The notes beneath the pieces were generated by a model that was given only the letters and a program-made list of their open reading frames with translations, searched no databases and was not told where the DNA came from. The translations under genes were made by a program, and so were the position numbers. Source: Tubulanus polymorphus (Eukaryota > Animalia > Nemertea). Taken from it: 64,000 nucleotides of DNA. The stretch covers positions 27,756,299-27,820,298 of the forward strand of contig NC_134025.1 in the NCBI RefSeq assembly GCF_964204645.1, in the 5' to 3' direction. Shown here in pieces: positions 14,901-27,900 of the stretch. The stretch's first letter is position 1. Each line of letters starts with the position of its first letter.

Positions 14901-16365
14901 GTCCGATGGCCTGTTGTCATGCGATACGACTATAATTGTCAAATGGGCAGTTTCCTGAAATGAAAAGTCAATTAGCCCTCGCTTTCCCGCTATGTCCATG
15001 AATCAGAACTGACAAAATCTGTCCTGTTTAATAGCTCTATCTCGTGTCAGACTAGAATCAAGTTGGTGTATTTGTTTAATTTGACTGAAATTTGTTGCGA
15101 CAGTGGTCAAACAATGCGAGCGCTTTTTGGAAATTGTGGAAAAAACAGTTTATGGTTAGACAGTTAACTAATCACCCCATTTCAACGTCTGATGGAAATT
15201 AGTGCAGTGAGATTATGATAGATGGCAGGCTAGAATATGTAGACTCCGTCTCGAAAGTATAACGCGCTCTCTATCTCAATGTTCATCGAAGGAACCCAGA
15301 TAGTATTGGGACATCATACGATTACGGTATAACGATAATACAAAGGATTACGTTAGGTTTAGATCATAGAAATCTTTTTAAGGATCTTTTAAATAACATA
15401 TCGTAAAGGAAGTTATTGATATTTCTGGATAGAAACGACTGACGTCTGTATTCAGTGCTGCAACCTGTCAATAGAGTCCGAAACTAACCAATGTATTTGT
15501 CGACTCGGTCAAAATATTTAATCATCGCATATACGATACACAGTCTTCAACAACGTACATTTTACTGAGAACTTTCATGTAACTTTCCTAGAAATGTTTA
15601 TTTTTGAATATTGTCGAATATGGCTCAGGCTGCTTAATCACCTAGAAATATCTATATACATATATTATCTAGTAAGATAAACTTTTACATCGTCAGATCC
15701 CGAAGGAAAGAGTTCTTTTTTTCATCAAAGTATGTACAGCAGAAATTAATCAAATGTAAGAATTTTTATTTGATGCAATAAATTCCTTGGGGATTGATAG
15801 ATTCCGGGTGTAAATATTAGTCAACTAATGTGGTGACAGAATGCTTGTTATTTTCTTAAACATTTGCATTTTTGCGCATCCATTTGTTTCTAATATAGAG
15901 ATTTGCTCTTTTGGTTATTCGTGTTTTGATTACAAATATGGGCATGTTTTGTCTCGGTTGTTCTATTTATCCTACATTTGTTCAATGTTAGCACCAGAGG
16001 CATCAAACAGTCTCACGAGCCCGTCATTTTACTGACTTCGTCTGTCCCGTAAGGCTATCTAATATGCTAATCAGTAAGCCTGCTTGGAATGGTTAAGCAT
16101 AAGATTAATCAGGCTTTGCTCTTGTATTAGACTATATTACTACCTTACCGGTTCAAAGATATTTTGTTGCCTTATCAAGATTTTGTAGATATTAATAACT
16201 CATAAGGGTTATTTCTCTAACCTACGTAGGTATACATTACTTGCTTTTCTTCGGCATTGATATGAAATAAGATGTAAAAATCTTAATTTCCCCGTTGGAA
16301 TCTATATTTTTGAATGGGATGCCATTGCGCAAATTAGTGGATTAGTTGATATCTTTTTGTTTGGG

Positions 16366-16400
16366 CATGGACTTGAAAACGATTCGTTTTACAGTCCATG
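16366..16400. repeat. 35-bp near-perfect palindrome (possible DNA-transposon footprint)
   Basis: CATGGACTTGAAAACGA-T-TCGTTTTACAGTCCATG, 15/17 arm match; flanks GTTTGGG / GTTTGAC. Confidence 0.6.
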
Positions 16401-18874
16401 GTTTGACAGTAGAAGATGTAATCAAATCTATCGGACAGAATATTCTAAACTGTTTTTAAACTCGTAGAATAGCCTTGTCTTGGTCCTTGGAAATGATTGC
16501 TCAATCAAAGAAAGAATTGAGTCGTGGAGAGGTCCAGGTGATAATTAGATTGACCTGGCCGTGATTATGTATCCCCCAGTGAACGTTCTCTAATTCTCTG
16601 CGTTTCTTTTCCCTTGGTCTCATTTCCTTTCATCCTGGCAATTTCACTTTCATTAGACGCTCCTTTTTCCCCTATAATTCATTTATTTCGATGCGGGTTG
16701 AATGTCTATAGCCAATTACGTCCGTATAGCTGACATCTTGGACACTGAAATGCCGTCATCAACTGACAGTTAACGAAGGATTAGAAACGCCAATCAATGT
16801 CTCTGACTTGTGTCGTATATACATCTGGAAATCCGGATTTCTTCTGACCTTTTGTTCATTCACTAGTAAGCGGAACGATATGACGGAACTGATCAACACG
16901 ACTTATCCTCTTAGATCGAGAAGCTCTCTAATCATTCCTTGATTTGTCAAAAGAGATGCAAACAATGTGGAACCTAAGGTGAAGTTTGAATGGATTACTG
17001 ACTTCCTGCTGTGACCGTCATTGGTTTTTACCTATGTCATGTTATTGTTTTGAGAGCTCTGACGTGAAACCTGATCTGACAGCCTGCAGCTTTCAAGAGT
17101 TATCTGTATTTTCCATAAGCTGATTATTAACGTGTAACTGTAAAAGAAAACCATGTCAAAGCCATAATGAATGGTTTAATTTATACTTGAAGGACTATTC
17201 CTTAAACCTTCGTATTTTCCCCGTTCGCGTCCTTTTTATTCGAAATATCCAATTCAAATTCATATGTTTTCAGTTCGGTATGGATAGAAACATGTTTATC
17301 ATAAGTTGTTTGACAAGGAGAATTGTTGGGTTAATAGATTTGAGCTATGTGTTGTCCCACTATTGTAAGGTGTGTAGGGAGTAAGTAAGCCGATTTGTGA
17401 AGCGTTTCTGTCCCGTAGATGGAATTAATAATCTTGCTGCGATGAAAGATGTGAATACTAATCATAGCGTTTTATTATCCTCGGATGCTGGGGTTAATAC
17501 AATCCCGCTGCATCTCTATCAAACCCAGTATTTCAATGCCATTGCCGTTCATTAACACAGTCCAATTCCATTCAAATTGTAAAAACTCTCGAAAAAAAAT
17601 TTCATCACTTCGACAAAATTAGTTCATATTAAACGATGTTCCTCATAATTCACTCCAAACTGTTTAATACGAACACACTGGGAATATCCAGCTTTGCAGA
17701 AATATCATTCATAATCACTTACAGGCAATACTAATTAATTTAGGTTCTTTCATCGATAAAACATCGCATATATATATTTTAATTCCGTAAAATATAAACA
17801 TGAGTCAACATCTATTTTATAAAAAGAATTCAAAAATCGCTATCATGAATTTTCTGCATCCACCGATTGTAATGATTTGCTGAGTCATTTAAGAAAAATC
17901 CACGTTCAAGACTGAAGTTACTGCCGATGCACCATGTCAACACGCTCTATGGTTCACAAAATCTGTAGAAACACATAGTTAAATATCGATATTTCACCGA
18001 AATTTATCTTCCTTTTATTTTGGAAAATGCGTAGATAACAGAAACACTTTATCTGAGAAGGCCGAAGAAAGTGTGCTATGGTATTCATGTATTGTTCTCG
18101 GGCTTCCGGTTTGTTAGTGACAGTGTCTTTCCTGCCAGGGTTACTTACGCACTGCGTCACTCGTCCCACCATCTGTCACCGTCATCGCTACTGTGTCGTC
18201 AACTGTCAGTACCGAGCTTTAAGCCACACCTCCTCAAACAGCTCTCACGTACATCTTACTCTCCGCGTGCTCTCGCAGCTACTCAAGGACAACCAATCAG
18301 CCGCTAAAAACCCTTGACTTCACGTAAACATACGTTTCTCAAGTCCACATTTCATACAATAATCAAATTCAACGGCTTCACTCATTATGAAAATGACTAT
18401 ATAATGATCTCTCTTAAGGTGTAAACATAATACTGACGACGTGCTGCCATTGGTTGGCTGGACTTCTACTTACGAATTCCGTCTGAAACTTTTTCTGAAA
18501 GTTTTCCTGCAAGCATTGTCTTTACGATATTGCTAATAAGTCGCGTATCATTAATCGAATTAGTGCCCTAATGAAAAGGACTTAAAGCTTGATTACACTG
18601 CAGTCACAAAGCAGATAGATCCGAGCTACTTAAGTGGAACGAGTGTCATAGTTTTAACGACAACTTAATGGAGCAAACAGACAAGAAACTAGTTAAGCAA
18701 GTACTGATAAAATAATATTTCGTCATCATTTCCGCGCGATATCTTATCGTATTATAGTGCTCACGGATTGAAAAAAGGGAACCGTGGCCAGGCGTGCCAT
18801 AAGCCCCAGATCTGGGAACTGTCAGTACCATCACGAATCGGATTATCAGCCCCTAAACAATCACGCATACGTCA

Positions 18875-18881
18875 TATATAA
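18875..18881 (+). promoter_or_regulatory. TATA box of the proximal trh/NPAS promoter
   Basis: TATATAA 70 nt upstream of ATG 18945, in a locally GC/CpG-richer stretch. Confidence 0.5.
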
Positions 18882-18944
18882 GCAAGATCACGCCATCACG
18901 AAGTGTGCATTTTGGCACAGCACGTACACTGTGCTGGACCTATC

Positions 18945-21900
18945 ATGTTCCCTATGCTCGCGTATGGCCGGCAATCGCCGATTGAGCCCCGTTTTCAGCA
19001 TTCATGGTAAGTTACGTTTTTTTCCGTTTTTTTTTTAATCATCTTTATGATGATTATTCGAGGATTCCATTCGAAATTATGAGAAGTTGCCCAGTCATTG
19101 AATGCTGCTCGGGTAACGTTGGACTGCTGCCTGGAATACCGAACGCAACTTTATTACAGATATGAATGGATGCCAGCTTTATGTTATTTTTATAGTTGGG
19201 AGGTCCCAGGAAATGTTTCAGTCTTTTAGATGCAGGGCACTTAACGGCGATAATGAAACTTGCAACTGAGCTGAATTTTTAAGTTCCATATGCTAATTGG
19301 CTTTGCTAGTTTATATGGCTAGAATTTAACTGGCATTGACAGTTTATTTTAGTATTGGAATAAGGAGTCAGAGATGAAACTTCAAGAGGTAATTTCATGC
19401 ATTATTTCATGTTTTTCCACAGCAGGAAAACTTATCAGAACAATATTGCCATCATTTTGATATATATATATATTTGTTAATGGGTTCTTTAATTTAGGTT
19501 TAAAGTCGAACATTCATAAGTCGATGCAACAATCACAAAAAATTACTCACCAATTAAATATATATTGCTTTCCAAATTGAACCGTCGTTTTAGAGTCCGT
19601 GATTAATCAAACTAGGAGTCAGTTAGTATCCATTTCATTTACACAACTGCTAAAATACCATGGACAAGTGTCATTAGATAGCGAGTTCCAAAAATTGCCT
19701 TTCTATATAGGCATGTGTGTCGAAAAAATTAAATCGAGGTGAAATTCTGGGTGATGTTTTTCTTTGGCGACGTAACGTGAAAGGATTTTTTTTCTGACGA
19801 ATAACAAACGTCTCCACTTTTACGAATATAATTTTTCAATAACTGACTGAATGGCGATACTTAACAGTGTTGAGTGTACATATAAGTAGCTTTTTTCAAG
19901 AGCGATCAATGCGCCGTAACCCTTAAAAGCACACCTAAAGAATATTAATAATATATATTTTTCTAAAAACACTTGATGCTTTTTCAGTGATGGTTATTTG
20001 TGATTGTTATTAATTCAGTGTATGTGCGAAACCTTTCGCAGATGGAATTATGTCTGTTGTGCAACAGGAGAATTTTTTTGCAAAAAGATGAACTTTAAAT
20101 CTCTTTTCCGTTGACATTCTTAAGCATTCCACTAATTTACATTCTGGGCACTGGTCATATATAGAACCAGTTCCGTGATAGTTTGGGACCATTCAATGAA
20201 TTACTGAAGTTAAATCTGACGATTGAAAATACATTTCCACCTCAAACTATTCAATGCGAGGGCTTCAGCGCCTCTTCCCTACCAAATTGAGGTTTATTTC
20301 GCATTTGTATGTAATATCAAAAAGAACGAGAAATACATGCTACATTGCTATGGCTTTAGACACGTTGTATTATAGATTGAATTTGTTTTCTCTGTGGTAA
20401 ATTATGAGAATTCAACTGATTAGTATTCTGCAAGTTAAATGAAGCCAAGTTCGGATATCGATTTCGTATTTATCAAAATTCATAGCACGAATCTTGTTTC
20501 TTGACATATTTTCGAAAAGGAAAAGACGAGACTCTAGCAAGATATAGCCTTCAATTGAATTGTGTTATCATCTGAAATTCAGTTTTGCTGAGAAATTCGG
20601 TTTTTTTCATTCGTTTACTTGACAACACTCTTAATTCATTTGTACAATTCTAAAGCTAATCTCCGACTCACGCACTCCAAACCAATATGGAACCCTTACC
20701 TATTCTAAATTATTCATCAGACTTTCAAGAATTTATTTCAATACTTGTCGGATGTTAAATGTCTGAGATTCTTTTTTTGGTGGAGCCAGAATTCTCTCTC
20801 TGAAGTCGCACTCAAATTCTAGTTAATCTCATTCTCTTTGTTTTTCAAGAGCCATAAAACATTTATCAAAATAAGCTTTAATGTTGTGTATCTAACAGGC
20901 ATGTTCGAATGAGGCAAATGGAGTGAAAAGATTTGCCTAGTGCTTAATTATTGATAGATCTCTTCCGTGGTGTCAAGATACAAGTGGACCCTAATCAACT
21001 AATTTGTCTCGCCTGGTTTCTCAAGATGCGCATAGTTCTTTGTTCTTCGGTAATCACTCCCACTTCTAACCATATTTCATCGAGTACCTCCGAAGATCGC
21101 TGCAGTCCTTGAAGTTGTAAAACTTGCTGTTAACAGATGAGAGGCTGAAGATCTTGTTTCACTATCAACTACTGCTTAACATGCTTAAAAATTGGTTAAT
21201 TACACTTAATTACGGGACCAAATTGGAATCATTGTGAAGAGTGTAAATTGAATTTTTTCTCCAGAAACATCCAGATGTCTTTGCTTTCTAAGATAACTCA
21301 GCAGTTGTTTGGGCATCAAGTGAAATTTGCTTCATTCATCTTTCTTAGCGAAACATTCGTTCTTGGAAATTTTTCTTGCGTCTGTTCCTTCTATTGAATT
21401 ATGTCCTACACAAGTAGCAGTTTAATGTCATCAAGGTATATTGAGCACGTAATTCCTCATCATGTCTTAAATCTCCATCCTGTTTCTATTGGCATTTATC
21501 CCTAAACATCGACCATTATGTTATTTTCTGCTGAGCAAAAAAGGAGGTAATTTTCTACTCTTTCGCTGCGTGCTCGGAAGCTGCTTTCACAAACAATGAA
21601 ATTAGGCGGGTATTTTGACATGGATGGCTTCCCGCTGCGCTGGCGTTTTGCTGTATTTTGCTGGAAATAATCAACACAAATGAACCCGATTTGATTATGT
21701 TTGTCCTATTAAATGATGTAGTACTGATCTTGTTTTGCTCTGGGCTTCAATCAATGGAATTATTCATTTTTCGTCTATTCACTTCATGGGGGGTGAAATC
21801 CCTGATTACGCCGCGGGAAAGGAAATTAATTCCCAATTAATTCCTCTCAATATCAGCAATGACTAGATTTAACAGCGCATCAACATAGCGGTATTTATGT

Positions 21901-24900
21901 GTCCTGCAACTTTCCTGCGGTGAAATAGGAGCCCATCTTACTTGACTCGTATTTCATTATCATGAAAATACTTATTTTTATCATAAATTTTCTCACAAAT
22001 TCAAAAAGGAGCGCAACATAAATGCATCTTATTGATAAGGGTTAGGATATGATATGATATAAGATTGACGTCACGCTTATCCATTGGATGAAAAATAGAG
22101 CTTATTATCGAAATCTAACAAAAATTAAAATCATAGAGTGAGGTGACGATGTTTTGCGATGGAAGAAGTGAAAAGACGCAGCACATGAGTCAATTCAGTG
22201 CGTCTGAGAGTTATCTTAACTAATTTGTCACTAGTATTGTCGCCATGAGAGAATGTGGCATCTTTGCCCATCAGGCCTATTAGCCTAATCTGTCAGATTG
22301 GATGGGATTTGTACGCATTACGATGATTACCCCAACGTAAGGTTAATCCAATTACACTAGTAAGGTGGAACTAGCCGACTGTTTGCTACTGGGTAATTAC
22401 CCCTCCTACAATGATGGATGCATCATCCAATGCGGCCAAAAGGTACGAGTTTGATTAAATGGGTGCCAACCTTGATTAAAACTTGTTGAGAGTATTTTTT
22501 CACTGCACTGGTCACAATTGTTACCGAGATAAACTCTCTATTCTCTGTAAATGAGTAGAAATCATTGTCAGATCTTCACTGGATTAGGGTCACACGCACA
22601 ATTTTTTCATTCACATCCTCTGTTTTTATAAAGGAAGACCAGGTCCTTAATCTTTTCAGTTGTGGATTCTTCATTAAGAATATACACCATGGTTGCATCA
22701 TTTCGAGGACCCCACAACTAATTTCCTTTGAAATGTCACATCAGTGTCTGTGGAATTGTTTTCAGTTTTTGAATCTTGAACGTTACGTTTAGACACCAGT
22801 TTCCAAACTTGAATTCATATTCAGTGAAACTCGTTCCTGTCTATAATCAAATGTCCTGAATCACAGAATTAAACAAGAAAATACAAAATTTAGCCGTCAA
22901 ACAAATCATTACTTAAAACGGCAGATGAAATGTTAAGACTTTTTAAATCGTCATTTTCATTTCTTTTTTGTTCAGATCTCAACAGCAGATTAATAACTAT
23001 GTTTAACTGTGTTTCAATCAGTTTGTCGTTATACGGCGAGTCTATTTCGGAATCTAATCCGCAGATAGAAAAAGATTGAATTGTGACATCAAAGTCGATG
23101 GGTAACTTTGAGAAAAAACTCTGATGATGATTTAGGATGATTTAGGAAGATACAGCCTTGATTTTCATTTACAATCTGTGTTGTTCATTTGATGCCTACA
23201 TTTTGATTCTAGATGTTTTCAGATTCTTAACTAATTTAATACAGTATTTACGCTCCTTACAGCATCCTGGAGCTGCGGAAAGAAAAATCACGAGATGCAG
23301 CGCGGTCACGGCGTGGCAAAGAAAATTACGAATTCTATGAACTCGCTAAGATGTTACCATTACCTGGTGCTATCACTAGTCAACTGGACAAAGCGTCTAT
23401 AATCAGACTGACAATAAGTTACTTGAAATTGAGAGATTTTTCCAGTCATGGTGATCCTCCATGGAGTCGAGATGGTCCTCCGCCTAACAAATCAGTTAAA
23501 GGTATGTATATTTCAATTGTACTATCACCGTGAATTTCTCATTTACGGAATATTTACTTTTTCATAATGGACATCTAAAGCTGTGATGACAATTTCTGAC
23601 ATTCACTGTTTTGGACTGTCTTCAGTTTGTCACACAAAGCTGGTTATCATCTCCCCGACAGAGCGAGAAAACTTGACTTGTTTCCTTGAAACGGGAGATT
23701 TTCTGTCTTCTTTCTGGCTTCGTTGATCTTCTTGGCTTACACTAGGCGATTATTCCTGATAATTGAAAAATGGACCACATGTCTAAAGCAGGACTGGTCA
23801 GTAAGGAATTAGACTCTGTTAACTAGTGGATTGTAGCGGTGTTAGCATTCTTACCATGTCCCAATCCGCTATCATGTCTGCCTGACATACGGAAAAATCC
23901 ATTATAACAAAGTTGACTAATCTCATGTATTATTCCGAACCATTCCTTCTCTTCGGTCAGCTTCATCGACTGTTGGCGTCTTTAATTCATGTTGGTACCA
24001 ATACTCACTTTATTTCATCGCTTTAAACAACAAACAAAAGAAAACTATACATTTTCCTGTGCAGCGAGAAGTTCACTTAAAAAAAGGGAATTCAAACTAT
24101 CATTTATGCAACGTCATCAACTGTCTAACTATATCGAACTTACAGACTATCTGTGCATGTTTTTTCTAAATCTGTGCGCTGTTTTGTATATTCTAGGAGG
24201 GCCACCTCGGCGCCGGTCTATGACCGCAGTAGCGATGGAAATCTTTGAAGCCAGTCAAGGGACGCATATACTTCAGGTAAATGAATAAAATATCAAAACG
24301 TTCACAGACGCTGACTGAATGTCTGAATTTTGAATGAGGTACTTAGGATGACACATCAGACTGATAGGAATTTCATTGTTAGAGTGAGACTTTTTTGAAA
24401 TCGGTACGGTTTGATTAGTTTTTGAATGATATATGATCCAATGATCATTACTTACTTCACGGATGAACTGAGTTTTTTCTATAAAAGGAAAATCCAAATA
24501 ATATCTCGTGGTAGAACAGGAAATTTTATGGTTTTTCTTGGCAAGTGAAACATCAAGAACATGGGCAATTGCGTAAAATAAATGGTGCAATCTATAACCA
24601 TTAACCATTAAAACCTCTAAGTCGAAATCCTTGACTAATCTTTCCTAATTCGGTTATCTCTTATTTTGATTGAACTTTCATTACATTTCTATGGTACTTG
24701 TCAATTATTTCACTGTAGTCGACAAATATTGTCATCAATCTTTCGGAAATGTCTTTGATATTATTAATCTTTTGAACAATGCAATATATACCGGTAGATA
24801 ACTTAACGTGAAATATTCAAGTGCTTCTGATCATTTTCACTATTTCAATGGACAAGAACAGATCAATAAGAAATGATGATGAATCTGTTGATGATTATAT

Positions 24901-27900
24901 TCTGGCAATATGTTGGATGGTAAAAGATTTGACATTATTTGGCAATTTATATCTTTGATATCTTGCTTAAACCGTTTTAGTATCATATGGCTATTTATGT
25001 AGAACGTTAGTTAGATGTATAATTGCATGTGTCATGTGAACTGTTAAATTTCCCAAGTTGACGGGAATTCATGTCACACATCTCAGATTGGTTGCTTCAA
25101 GCATTTGCCTCAACTGTCTCAAGAGAGGGACCTTTTAATGAAACCCCTAATGAAATTTGTCTTGTCACTTTGCAAGTCTATTAATGGGTTGAATCTGTTC
25201 AAGTTTACTTGAGGCATTTCTTTCTTTAGAGATAATCTTTCTTGTTGAGTTTATTTATTGAGATATCATTTAGATCGGAGCTACCTTTGACCAATGATAT
25301 TTAATCATTTGTTTAGTCTTACGAATCTTTGCGTTGAAATGAAAATGTTTTATCAGTTTACAACAGCGTAGAGAGATGATGCTCGAATTTGTAGATTCGG
25401 TTTTTAACGATTTTCAGTTTGATTCATTATGTTATCTATCGTGTTCCTGTGAAGTGTGTAATTAGCATCAACCCACAACCCACTCTTGATTAAACCTATA
25501 ACGTCTGTGAACGTGAATGATGATGGCAGAGTAATAATTGCCTTTTTTCCGTCAGTCCCGCCTCAGCCCACTCATGGTAAAAACACCTTTACTGACTATA
25601 ATCTGTCACACGATGATTTATCGTGTCCAGCCTCTTCCACCCACATATATTCAATGTGATAATATTACCTCAATTTCATCCATAGCAAAGTATAAATCAA
25701 TTCAACTTTTTCTGAACAAAGTATACTTTTACCGAATTTGGTTACTGATCTGATATACGTTTCATTATCATCTATGGGGTTGCATATCTATTTTCAGCCT
25801 TAATATGTCCGACATATTTTTTTTTTGTCAGGAGAGGGTCTATGAATTACTCTACCATCATCGATTTGTGAAGCTATTTCCCTCAGCTCACAATTAATTC
25901 ATTAGTTACCATGACCTGTGCAAATGGCTGCTTGTCTATTGTTAGTTTTGCACCATCAGTCAAGTGCTGCGAATGGTAACCGGATATGTCGAGCTCCTCG
26001 TGTGACGTTCTACCTTTTATCACCTTCAGATACAGTCAATTAATGTCATTTCTTACCTTCCTTCTCTCTTGAACATAATATAGTGATAACAATCAACCAT
26101 TAGATTTTGAGAAAAGCTCTTGGTAACCATTTCGGGATTCAAATATTGAATATTGAAAAAAAAATTAACTGGGCCTTCGTCCAGAATTCGATGTAACCCG
26201 TAACTACGGATATGGGTCCAGAATTTCCAAAGTCCAAAATTAACCCATTAATTCAATCGATTCCATATTTTGTCCTTTGCTTCCAACAAAATCCAGTCGG
26301 TATTTTACCGGTGTTCTGAGCTGGTGTCATTTATGACATCTATCTATCAAATCATTGAAAACCGAGCGACATTTCTCGAGTGATGAGTCGCGACTTTCAC
26401 TGTTATTGTACCATTATAGAAGTTGGCATATCATCTTCATGATGCTCCGTTGCTTCCAGTCTCCATCACTGCCGTATCATTGAAGCATCACTGTAACCGA
26501 TGTGGAAAACTCTGTCATCACCTGATGTGTTAAACATTGTCAGATGATTCCGGTCCAATGACCTCCCTTCAGCTTTTTCTCAGCTAATATCTTCACAATC
26601 TTCTTTATAAATAAATTATTCATTAGGTGTCCTATAAGAATCTTTCTTTTTTTTTTACTGGTGAGTGATTAGTATCTGTCCATTCCTGATTTCGATTGCT
26701 CGATTCACTTAGGTACTCCGTTAAAACTTTCGTATCTTTATTTCTTTGAATAAACTCGGCATTTTTACGTCAAATTTCTGTGTAGTTAGCGTGAATTCCG
26801 CGTTTCCTCAGAGAAATGATCACATCTTACAACTCAATTGATGTCGATAGAGGAATCATTTAGAGCCTGGAAAATAGAAATAATATTTGCTGCCTTTTTG
26901 GTGAACAGCTTGTCACAAATTTGTCATTGATCAATCGAAGCCGGATTCTAGTCCCTCTGAAATTTGGCGAACAAATGTAATCAAACAAGCTCTTCTATTG
27001 CGGTGATAATGAAAGCAAGAAAATGAAAGCGCCAAGTACGTGACAGGTGTGCTAATATATGATTTCTGATTGGTCGATTCTACTGAACATGTTCGATTCA
27101 TTCACGTCTAGCAGAAACTCGACTTTTAGCCAAGTACGATATTCCTTGCAATTGATTTATTCAATCTACTGAAGGCATATGGTATATGTATTGTGTACAT
27201 CATTAAAAAACTTCTCATTTAGAGATTTATTTACTGAAAACCTCCTCAGTGAGTGTATAACTATTCCAAGAGAACTTGAGCGCCAGAAGCTAGTAGCTTT
27301 AGAATAAAATCTTTCAAATGATAGTTACTGATATCGAATCTATTGGTTAACAGTTACATTTCTCTCAAGACCTTTAAGCACTGAGTAATATATGAGATTG
27401 TGGGCTCATCGATGCAGAGACTATTTCTGTCTGGATAGATTCCATCAGTGATCATTGAAGCGTGAGCGCTCTGAATCTCTGCGCGAGATTTACTGGATTT
27501 CATTTAAACCCTCCTTCAAGAAGGGAATGTATTCAAGAAGTATCATAAACGTTCATGAGCTGTCTTAATTTAAGATGATGCCGTTTTTCGACAAGGGAAG
27601 TCATTGCCATTTAGTTAATGTTGCATAAAGAATGGGATTCCCTGACGGGTCGTTGGATGAGGCAGTGATTTCACATCAACCATTCCAGCTGGTCAATCGC
27701 TCCACATTTCCATGCACCCGCACTGCATACATAATTACTAACATAATCTACTCTGCTTTTCACGGCCCATGGATGACAAGATCCTTGATGGATTATTGAT
27801 GTTTGTCGTCTTTTCGCACATTCTTGCTTGACTTTTTCAGGATCATTTTTTTTCGATTTTGAAGTGTCTTTAGTCTCTTTTGAAAATTGATAAACACGGT

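Noticed and set aside
19063-19112. Possible second N-terminal trh exon ([17 protein letters not shown])
   Set aside because: Poor GAG acceptor, 56-nt intron, and an exit phase incompatible with the bHLH exon.
253-22792. Numerous 60-111 aa ORFs in the ORF track
   Set aside because: Short, often with non-ATG starts, composition of AT-rich non-coding DNA, no recognisable domains.
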